Positions 55,892 through 64,000 of a DNA stretch of 64,000 nt are shown piece by piece. The translations under genes and the position numbers were made by a program. A model generated the notes under the pieces. The model was not told the origin of the DNA. It saw only the letters and a list, made by a program, of their open reading frames with translations, and did no database searches. The DNA comes from Rebecca billardiae RCC1528. Its lineage: Eukaryota > Protista > Haptophyta. Position 1 is the stretch's first letter, and the number at the start of each line of letters is the position of its first letter. Location of the stretch: contig OZ251235.1 of the NCBI GenBank assembly GCA_965240325.2, positions 806,001-870,000 on the forward strand, in the 5' to 3' direction.

Positions 55892-58249
55892 ATGGATGAG
55901 CGCTGCGAGCCGTCGACGCCGGACGAGGCGCGACAGGTGCCGGAGCGAAAGATGGATGCCGGCCGACTCGTCAGCCCGCAGCCTGCAAAGTCCTCCGACA
56001 TGCCGACGCCCGAGTCGAAGCTGCGGCTCGTCTGGACCGAGGATCTGCACGCCCGATTTGAGGCGGCCGTGAACGAGCTGGGCTTCCAGAATGCGACGCC
56101 GGCGGCCGTCCTGTCGCGGATGCAGGTGCCTTGGCTGACGAAGGCCAACGTGAAGAGCCACCTGCAGAAGTACCGCACCAGCCGCAAGGCGCGAGAATCG
56201 GCTTGCAACGGCAATGCCGGCTCCCGCGCGCGCACGGGGCGCGTGAGTGACGATGATGGTGACGACAGCGACGAGCACGACGACGACATCTACGGCCGGC
56301 GCACGGGTGGGTACTCGAATATGTACCACGATGGGCGCCAGGGCATGTGCGCGCGCCCCCACTTCGGCTCGATGATGGGTCCGCCGCATGCCCTGCATCA
56401 GCAGCAGCAGCCCGCTTTCCCGCAGCAGCAGTCGTGGTCGGCCCACCCACACATGGGTGGGCGGGCAGACATGGGCACGCAGGCGATGCAGCAGCAGCAG
56501 ACGGGCCCTTCTCCACCGTCGCAGGGCGCTTGGCAGGGCTACGAGCCGGGCTGCGCGCCGATGCACAACCACCCGCAGTACGGCCCGCCGACGTGCCACC
56601 AGGGTTGGCCCGCGCCGAACACGCGTCTCCTCCTCCACGACACGGGCTCTTTGCCGCCGCCCGACGCCGCGCGACCGCAGGAGCATCGCGTCCACCTGAC
56701 GGTGGTGACGTACACCGCGGGCGATCCGGAGAAGCGGTCGCTCGCGGAGACTGCGGGCGATCCGGAGAAGCGGACGCTCGCGGATGAAGCTGCAGCCCAC
56801 TGCAAGCTGCGGCTCGTCTGGACCAAGGAGCTCCACCACCGCTTCGAGGCCGCCGTGAACGAGCTCGGCCTCGAGAACGCGACGCCGGCGGCCGTCCTGT
56901 CACGGATGGGCGTGCCGTGGCTGACAAAGGCCAACGTGAAGAGCCACCTGCAGAAGTACCGGGCCACCTACATGTCGGGGGCGGTGACTGGCGGCGGCAG
57001 CGACAGCGGACGATTCAGCGAGGTGATGGAGGGCAGCGTCGACGACGACGTCAGCGAGCAGGGCGGGCAGTCCGAGCATGGCGACGCCGGTGGCGATAGT
57101 GAGCGCGTGCGCAAGCCGATGTGCGAGGCCACGGACCACGACGTGCGTGCGCCGAGCTCGTGCACGCCGCCGCTCGGCACGGGCTCGATGGCGGGACCAT
57201 CGCGACCCACGGTGAACGCGCTCCCGCCTCCGTCGTCATCGCATGCGGGCGGGAAGGCGGCGACCGGCATGGAGCAGCAGCAGACGGAGACACACTTATC
57301 CACGCTGTCGCACCACGCAAGGCCGAGCGATGTGCCCGATGGCACGCCGACGCGCAGCAACCAACCGCGGAACGACGGACAGATGCACGGACAGGGCGAG
57401 TCGCAGATGCCGCCGCCGTGGCAGCCGCAGCAAAGGCAGCCGCAGCCGGGATGGCAGTCGCAGCCGCAGCCGCAGCAGCCGCCGCTGCGGCAGCACTGGC
57501 AGCCTGCGCCGCACTGGCACCGTCCGCAGCCGCGGCAGCAGCGGCAGGGCGGGCTGCCGCCGCCGCTACCTCCGCGGCAGCAGCAGCAGTGGCAATCACA
57601 GCCTCCGCAGCCGCAGCAGCCGCCGCCACCACCGCCTTTCGAGCAGCAGCAGCAGCACTGGGAATCCCACCCGCACCAGGGCCAGTGGCAGCAGCGGCAG
57701 CCATGGCAGCCGCAGTGGCAGCAGCAGTGGCAGCCTTCTGGCGAGACGCCGCCGACCGGGCGAAGCACAATGCCCCCGAGCGCGGCGCCATGGAACCATC
57801 GACCCGGGCAGGACCGAGACGAACGCGGTGTGCACAAGCGGCCGCGCAAATCGAACGGGGATGGGACGCGCCGCGCGGGCTGCGCTCGAGGCGGTGGCCG
57901 CCACGGCAGCGACGGCAACGGCACGGGCAACGGAACGACGCCTACGACCGGCCAAGGCCGCAGCAGCCCGCGCCACAAGCCGTCGACTCCTGATCCGGAG
58001 ATCCTAGACATGGGCAGCTTTGACGAAGAGCACAGCTTGAGGGAGCAGCAGCGCCTGCAGGAGGAGCTCTGGTCTCGGCTCGACCGGCATTCTGAGGCAA
58101 CACGGGCATCCCTTGAGCCCAAGGAGGCAGGCGGCGCTGCTCCGAAACGGGACGGCTCGCAGGCGTCACTGCGGGCGGCTCACGAATTGCACTTCGGTGT
58201 GATGGAGCTTGTGGGCAAGTACCAACACCTTATCGGGCTCCTTTACTGA
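55892..58249 (+). CDS. GARP/SHAQKYF Myb transcription factor with two DNA-binding domains
   Basis: [23 protein letters not shown]......[14 protein letters not shown] occurs twice (~56018-56175 and ~56804-56961); Q/P-rich region; C-terminal [16 protein letters not shown] coiled coil. Confidence 0.9.
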   Translation: MDERCEPSTPDEARQVPERKMDAGRLVSPQPAKSSDMPTPESKLRLVWTEDLHARFEAAVNELGFQNATPAAVLSRMQVPWLTKANVKSHLQKYRTSRKARESACNGNAGSRARTGRVSDDDGDDSDEHDDDIYGRRTGGYSNMYHDGRQGMCARPHFGSMMGPPHALHQQQQPAFPQQQSWSAHPHMGGRADMGTQAMQQQQTGPSPPSQGAWQGYEPGCAPMHNHPQYGPPTCHQGWPAPNTRLLLHDTGSLPPPDAARPQEHRVHLTVVTYTAGDPEKRSLAETAGDPEKRTLADEAAAHCKLRLVWTKELHHRFEAAVNELGLENATPAAVLSRMGVPWLTKANVKSHLQKYRATYMSGAVTGGGSDSGRFSEVMEGSVDDDVSEQGGQSEHGDAGGDSERVRKPMCEATDHDVRAPSSCTPPLGTGSMAGPSRPTVNALPPPSSSHAGGKAATGMEQQQTETHLSTLSHHARPSDVPDGTPTRSNQPRNDGQMHGQGESQMPPPWQPQQRQPQPGWQSQPQPQQPPLRQHWQPAPHWHRPQPRQQRQGGLPPPLPPRQQQQWQSQPPQPQQPPPPPPFEQQQQHWESHPHQGQWQQRQPWQPQWQQQWQPSGETPPTGRSTMPPSAAPWNHRPGQDRDERGVHKRPRKSNGDGTRRAGCARGGGRHGSDGNGTGNGTTPTTGQGRSSPRHKPSTPDPEILDMGSFDEEHSLREQQRLQEELWSRLDRHSEATRASLEPKEAGGAAPKRDGSQASLRAAHELHFGVMELVGKYQHLIGLLY

Positions 58250-58848
58250 TGAACAGTGCGATGCCCAATATATATATTTAAGCTGCTCGTCGTATAGCAT
58301 GCCATTAAGTGCTGTGAATCGGAATTATAATATATATATATACTTTATTATAATAATATAAATTAAAATTAACGCGACGATATATATTTAACGACGTGGC
58401 AGCATCGGACAAGCGTCAGGCTCAGAGTGCAACAGACACATAGAATGCGTCCGCGCCTTCGATCCGTCCAGGTCAGACAGTGCGCCACCCGCAGCCCTGC
58501 CCCCCTACGGGAGCCGGGGCCGGGATGGAGCACCGGGCCTCGGCCTGGGGCACGCGGCGGCGACGGCAGATGCCGCCGCGGCCGAGCGCCTTCCGGAGCA
58601 CTTGGATGAGGGTGAGGTCGTAGTCGATGTCGCCGCCCGCCGACCTAGCGGCGAGCAGCTCCGGCAAGCGGCAGCCGCGGCTGTCGCCGACCCGTGCGCC
58701 CGCGAGAGAGATCGAGAGAGCGAGATATATATATGGTAGTTATATAATTGTTATAATAATAAACATAATAATAATATAGTACGCGTCGTAGCTTACGGCG
58801 GACTCTGACAAATTACTGAACAGAGCAGAGCAGTTTCAGGGATCGCTT

Positions 58849-59018
<170 letters not shown>

Positions 59019-59198
59019 GCGTGTAGTACTCTGTCTAGTAGTATAGTGTCGTGTCAGGAACTCGTCGCCGGTCTGATATCGACTGCTATCAATAAACTGT
59101 CACTATACTGTTAGTCAGGCCGGGCAGCATTTGACTGACGACACTCGGTCTCGGCAACGGGCAACGGCAACGGCCACGGGCGGGAATCCGCCGACACA

Positions 59199-61574
59199 TC
59201 ACGACCAGCCCTGCCGTCGTCGGTCGAGCACACGTATCAGCGTCGCCCAAACGCCCACGCGCGGGTTGCCATCATCAGGTGCAGCCGTGCACCCAGGATG
59301 GATGCTCGAGTACTGCAGATATGGCCAGATGTCCGCCAGCGCGGCGCGCATCGCGCCCACTGCTGTGTGATTGGCCGCAAGGCGCGCGAGCGTGCGCGGC
59401 AGCGCCTCAACCTCCTCCGGCGTGCCGGCGTGCACAGCCGCTGCTCGCCAGTCCAGCGCCTCTTCGAGCGGATCGGCGTGCGGCGCCGGCTTGATGAATA
59501 CGGGGATGCAGCCGAAGACGACCGCGCCGACGTACCGCCCGCCCCAGCCGCCGTCCGCACCGGGCGGCACCGCGCAAAAGGTGGCGCGCGCCATGCCAAG
59601 CTCGCGTGGCACAAAGACACCACCGCCTCCCCCGCGGAGCGAGCTGGCCACCACATCCATGCCCGGGGGCGAGTTCGGGCGCCCAGAGCGATGGAGCCAG
59701 TAGAAGAGCGTGCGGTAGTTGATCGGGTACAGGGCGCTGGGCCGGCTCGACTGCGCGCTCAGGTACGTGTGCACGCGCGCGCTCGCGGCGCCGTCGGACG
59801 CCGGTGCCTCCTGCGCGTGCGGTCGGCGATCATCAGGTGGCAGCGCACCGCCCAGCCTGTGCAACTTGCCTGCGAAGTGTAGCAGCGTCGTGCCGGGCGC
59901 CGGCCACACGGGCCGGCCACGTAGCGCGGCGCGTGCGCACGCGCGCGGCTCAGCCGCGCCCGCGCACTGCGCGAGCGGCGAGTGCGCGCGCACGGCCGCG
60001 CAGTCCAGCCGCCCATCGGCCTGCGTGGGCAGCGGCGGCAGCATCACGTCCACGCCGCGCGTGAAGCACACGTGGCACGAGCCGTCCGCGAGCGCGTCGG
60101 AGCGGCCGTTGTACTGCAGCGCCACGAGCACGCGGCTCCGGTTCGACGGGTCGAACTCGGCGGGCACGCCGTACCACCGCGCCAGCCGCGCGCCGCGGTC
60201 GTGTCCTCCCTGCAACAGCGCGCTCGTTGCGCCGAGCCACTGCGAATCACCCCACGCTCGGTCGCCCTCGACCACCACGATCTGGTTGGGCGTGCGCCGC
60301 GCCACGGCGGCGCGCACGGCCCAGCCCCACTCGGCGAGCACCGCGCCGAAGCGCGCGACCATCCCGCCCCACGGCGGGTGCAGGGCGCCCCCTATCCAGA
60401 AGAAGTCCGCCTCCTCCGCCGTGGGCGCCACCGAGGCGGAGCCGAGCGCGCGCTCGAAGAGCGCCCAGCTCAGCCGGTGGTACGCGTGCGCGGAGAACCA
60501 GCGCAGCTCCGGCCTGAGCGGGTAGAAGTAGATCCGCACGGTCGGCTCGTGCGCCTCTCCCTCCTCCACCGCCACCGCCGCCCTGGGCGGCGCCATCGTG
60601 TACACGTGCGACCAGGAGGATGCGTTTGGTGGCGCGCCCTCCGCCTTGCGCACGCCCACAGCGCGCAGCGCGCCCTCGTGCACTGGCCTGCCGCTGCGCG
60701 GGTCGAGCCGGACCGCGCAGTCGAGCCCCCACCAGCCTGCGATGCAGCGGCAGAAGCCGAGCCCGTCGCACGTGCCGCGCAGCCGGCACGCATTCGGACA
60801 CGGCTGCGGGAACTCGAAGCCAAATCGCTTCGCCGGCCAGGCGGCGCGTGGCAACGCGTCACCGGCGGCGCTCACGCTCAGCACGTCGCGGGGCACGTGG
60901 GGCACGCACGTCTGGTCCGATTCCGTGCTCTCGAGCGCGTAGCCCGGGAAGCAGCGGCACCTGAACGACGTGCTCTCTGCACTGGCCAACTGCTCGCACG
61001 TCCCCCGCCCCGAGCAGCTGCTCGGGCCGCAGGCGGCGGGACGGACCGGCCGCGCGCGCAGCTTGCGGAACGTGCTGGCCGTGAGCGGCGCGCGCGTGAG
61101 CCGGAGCGTGGGCGGTATGAAGCGCGCGCCCGGGAGCACCTCTCGCATGGGCTCCGTCACCCAGGCCATCTGCGCGTGGCGCCAGATCAGGACGTCTGGG
61201 CGCTCAATCACGTCGCTCAGGTTGGCGGGCGACTGCGCGCAGATGAGGGGCAGGGTGCACGCTTCGGAGTCGAGGCCTCCTTGCGTGCTCTTCATCGGGC
61301 ACAGCGCAAACAGCGCGGCCGCCTGTATCAGGCACTCGCACGGGATGGCGCCCAGCCAGTTGTGCCTGCGCCGGAAGCCCGGCCGGCGTCTGACCTCGCG
61401 GTAGCCGCGCGCTAAGAACGGCTTGGGCAGGAGCGTGAAGTCCCCGTGCGCGCAGGCCGGCAGCGAGAGCTCGGTGCAGTCCGCACTCGTCCGGTCGAGC
61501 GGGCAGCGGCACACGCCTCGATCCTCCTCGCACGTGCCGTGCTCGTGGCACCGCGGCGGGCATGATGCGGGCAT
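59199..61574 (-). CDS. Exostosin-like glycosyltransferase (GT47) with EGF-like domains
   Basis: Three EGF-like Cys patterns; RIYFY, EEADFFW, LHFAG and MARATFCAVPPG..G...GCIPVFI..PLEEALDW. An upstream exon may be missing. Confidence 0.85.
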   Translation of the reverse strand: MPASCPPRCHEHGTCEEDRGVCRCPLDRTSADCTELSLPACAHGDFTLLPKPFLARGYREVRRRPGFRRRHNWLGAIPCECLIQAAALFALCPMKSTQGGLDSEACTLPLICAQSPANLSDVIERPDVLIWRHAQMAWVTEPMREVLPGARFIPPTLRLTRAPLTASTFRKLRARPVRPAACGPSSCSGRGTCEQLASAESTSFRCRCFPGYALESTESDQTCVPHVPRDVLSVSAAGDALPRAAWPAKRFGFEFPQPCPNACRLRGTCDGLGFCRCIAGWWGLDCAVRLDPRSGRPVHEGALRAVGVRKAEGAPPNASSWSHVYTMAPPRAAVAVEEGEAHEPTVRIYFYPLRPELRWFSAHAYHRLSWALFERALGSASVAPTAEEADFFWIGGALHPPWGGMVARFGAVLAEWGWAVRAAVARRTPNQIVVVEGDRAWGDSQWLGATSALLQGGHDRGARLARWYGVPAEFDPSNRSRVLVALQYNGRSDALADGSCHVCFTRGVDVMLPPLPTQADGRLDCAAVRAHSPLAQCAGAAEPRACARAALRGRPVWPAPGTTLLHFAGKLHRLGGALPPDDRRPHAQEAPASDGAASARVHTYLSAQSSRPSALYPINYRTLFYWLHRSGRPNSPPGMDVVASSLRGGGGGVFVPRELGMARATFCAVPPGADGGWGGRYVGAVVFGCIPVFIKPAPHADPLEEALDWRAAAVHAGTPEEVEALPRTLARLAANHTAVGAMRAALADIWPYLQYSSIHPGCTAAPDDGNPRVGVWATLIRVLDRRRQGWS

Positions 61575-61834
61575 GCTCAATCTTTGCTGACGAAATCGGG
61601 CGGCGGATGACCAACGGACTGCGCGAGATATTATGCCATCCAGATAAAAGCCGGGAGTCTTGTAATAATGACTTGTCTACTAGTAGTAGCCGGCTAGTAG
61701 TAGTAGCTGCATACTCTAGCTCACGCAGGTCGCAGCACGATGCGCGTCGCTGCCATCACAGGCAGTGTTCTTCACGCAGGTCGCAGCACGCTGCGTTGCG
61801 GCCACAGGCGGTCAGACCGTCACGTTGATGACGG

Positions 61835-62800
61835 TCACGGGACGGACGCCGGGTCGGACCACTCGCCCCGGGCCGCGTCCCACTCTCCTGCGAACGGCGG
61901 GTCGCCTGACGATCGGTAGCGGTGCAGGGGCGCGCGCTTGGCGTCCGCGCCGTAGAAGCACCCGCTGCCCGCCAGCTCGGTGCTGAAGAGCAGGTGCATC
62001 GTCACCTTCGTGCCCTCGCGCGCGGGCTGCATCCCGAGCTCGGCCGCCGTCTTGGCGCCGACCGTGCGCTCGAGGTACGGCTTGGTGAGGTCAGTCTCGA
62101 GGAAGCCGGGCGTGCACGCGCTCACGAGGAGGCGCGGGTGAGAGCGGGCGAGGATCTGCATGTACGCGTTGACGCACGCCTTGGACAGGCCGTACGCGAG
62201 TGTCTCGAGGCTCGCCCCGTCCCCGAGCCCGACCGCGCGGAAGTCCGCCCCAGGCGGCGCGCCGCGCGCGCGCTGCTCGATCTCGGCCACCTCGGAGATG
62301 ATGGCGTCCAGCTGCGCCCAGCTGACCGCCGGGTCGACGAGCACGCGTCTGCGCTCGGGGCTGCACGTCGAGACGAACGCAGGGCCCGCGGACGAGGAGA
62401 CAAAGACGACGCGCCCGACGCGCTCGTCGAGCAGCGGGACGAATGCGTCGCACACTCGCTTTGCACCACGCGCGTTTGTGTTGAGCACGTGCGTCATCGA
62501 GCCCGCCTCGAAGACGCCCGCGTTGCTCACGATCGCGTGCAGCTTGCGCCCAGCGAGCAGAGTGCGCAGGCTGATCGCGGCCGCCCTCACCGACGCATCG
62601 TCCGTCACGTCCATCTCCACCACGTACACGCGCTCGCGATTCGCGCGCCCGAGGGCGGCCTTGGCGGGCTTGCCGCGCGAGGTGGCATCGCGCGTGCAGA
62701 GCACGACGCGTGTGTCCTGGTACGAAGCGAGGATCTCGGCGCATAGCGCATGGCCGATGCCTTTGTCCGCGCCCGTCACGAGCACGAATCGAGGCTGCAT
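61835..62800 (-). CDS. Short-chain dehydrogenase/reductase, carbonyl-reductase-like
   Basis: VLVTGADKGIG, NAGV, VSS, YGLSK and CTPGFLETDL. Confidence 0.92.
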   Translation of the reverse strand: MQPRFVLVTGADKGIGHALCAEILASYQDTRVVLCTRDATSRGKPAKAALGRANRERVYVVEMDVTDDASVRAAAISLRTLLAGRKLHAIVSNAGVFEAGSMTHVLNTNARGAKRVCDAFVPLLDERVGRVVFVSSSAGPAFVSTCSPERRRVLVDPAVSWAQLDAIISEVAEIEQRARGAPPGADFRAVGLGDGASLETLAYGLSKACVNAYMQILARSHPRLLVSACTPGFLETDLTKPYLERTVGAKTAAELGMQPAREGTKVTMHLLFSTELAGSGCFYGADAKRAPLHRYRSSGDPPFAGEWDAARGEWSDPASVP

Positions 62801-63088
62801 GGCTGACTGTGGGATTCAGCCGTGCTGGCGTCCAGCCCCACGCGCCATGCTAATCGATCGTGCGTACGTACGTGTGCCGGTCGATTCGCGGGCGGTGACG
62901 GGCTCCTCCTGAATAGCAATATTTCGTCCAAATTTGGCCAGAAGAGTGCTCCACCAGGCTCGTTTTTCATCATCAGCGGCGCGCGCAAGTAGATCGAGCA
63001 TCATCAGATCGAGAGGCTGTGGACGGGCGCGTGTCGACGAGCAAGGCTCTCCGCCCGGGCGCCGACGAGGCAGCGTCGCGCGCGCCAG

Positions 63089-64000
63089 ATGGAGCTGGAT
63101 GCACAGGTCAACTCCCTCTCGATCCTGCCGCCAGACACGCACACCCGCGTGTACGAGTCGAACGTGCGCGCCGTGCGCACCGTCTCTGCGCCCGGCAAGG
63201 CCTCCGCCGCCGCCTCCGTGCTCGAGCCGCACTCGCCCGGCAAGCCGCTGCGCGCGCGCGGAGAGTCGGCCGTGGAGGCGCACCTGCGCGAGCAGGTGCG
63301 CGTGCTGACGGACGAGCTCACTGACCTCAAGCTCGAGCTGGTCGCGATCGAGGCGCAGGTGGAGGATCTCGCGCTGCTGAAGGGCGCGCGCGCCGCGCAT
63401 GCCGCCGAGGCGGGCGGTGGCGGCGCGAACGGGCTCTGCCCGCACTGCGGGCAGGCGTGGCCGCGCCGGCACGGCGTCGGCAGCGACGATACGCACGACG
63501 GCGACGGGCTCGCCGCGCGCGCCGGCGCCAGCACGCCTCCGCCCTTCTCCCCAGGCGGCGCGCGCGCGTGGGCGGCGCATGATGCCTCGCCGCGCGCCTC
63601 CTCCGCCCCTCGCTCCACCGGCGCTCTGAGCGCGCGCGGCCGGGCGAGCTCGCCGCGGGGCGGGAGCATCGCGTACCCGCAGAGCCCGCGCGCGAAGGCG
63701 GTCGTCGACGGCCCGCACCGCAACCTCGTGCGCGGCGCTGGCGGCGGCCCCGGCCGCGGTCGTTTCAGCCCGCCGTCTGCGGCGGCGAGCGCCGCGGTCC
63801 CCGCCCAAGCCTCGCCGCCGCCGCCGCCGCCGGCGCAGTCGCAGCCCGCGGCGCAGTTGAGCGGGCGCGACCCGCGCTTCGACGCGCTCTACGACGGCGG
63901 CACGCCCCACGCGGGCTGCACCATCCCGCAGGCCGAGCTCCGCGCCATCACGCTGCGGCAGCTCAAGCGCGTGTACGCGTGCGCGCGCGAGCTGTGCGCG
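63089..64000 (+). CDS. 5' part of an unknown gene with a coiled coil (runs off the window)
   Basis: ATG 63089 (MELDAQVNSL...); LREQVRVLTDELTDLKLELVAIEAQVEDL; frame open to the window end, so it is absent from the ORF track. Confidence 0.65.
   Translation, partial: MELDAQVNSLSILPPDTHTRVYESNVRAVRTVSAPGKASAAASVLEPHSPGKPLRARGESAVEAHLREQVRVLTDELTDLKLELVAIEAQVEDLALLKGARAAHAAEAGGGGANGLCPHCGQAWPRRHGVGSDDTHDGDGLAARAGASTPPPFSPGGARAWAAHDASPRASSAPRSTGALSARGRASSPRGGSIAYPQSPRAKAVVDGPHRNLVRGAGGGPGRGRFSPPSAAASAAVPAQASPPPPPPAQSQPAAQLSGRDPRFDALYDGGTPHAGCTIPQAELRAITLRQLKRVYACARELCA

Overview
Very GC-rich eukaryotic nuclear DNA. It has short GT-AG introns with GTGCGC/GTGAG donors, tightly packed head-to-head genes, and SP/PPP-rich surface proteins. 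The style suggests a microalga, most likely a haptophyte such as a Pavlovales species (inference only). About 17 protein genes are supportable: a glycosyltransferase-sulfotransferase fusion, a TPMT-family methyltransferase, three tandem sulfotransferase copies, a D27-like carotene isomerase, a cNMP-binding protein, a giant membrane-anchored subtilisin, a ~3600-aa Nup188-like protein, RPAP2, CSN7, an FN3 protein, an RCCR-like protein, a double-GARP Myb factor, an EGF-GT47 exostosin, an SDR and two partial genes. The non-coding DNA is the most interesting part. (1) Repeat copies decay mainly by clusters of tiny, often locally duplicated insertions; one 56-bp copy has 7 insertions and no substitutions. 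(2) A TG..CA element with a 5-bp TSD has terminal inverted repeats that are themselves perfect palindromes leading into tRNA-like A/B boxes. (3) A 4.9-kb non-coding element has an A..B-A-U-B split-direct-repeat structure (TOC1/PAT/Ngaro type). (4) A 'one-ended' repeat is inserted at TA with one fixed and one variable end. (5) The middle sulfotransferase copy is an unequal-crossover chimera. All alignments were done by eye and no database searches were run.
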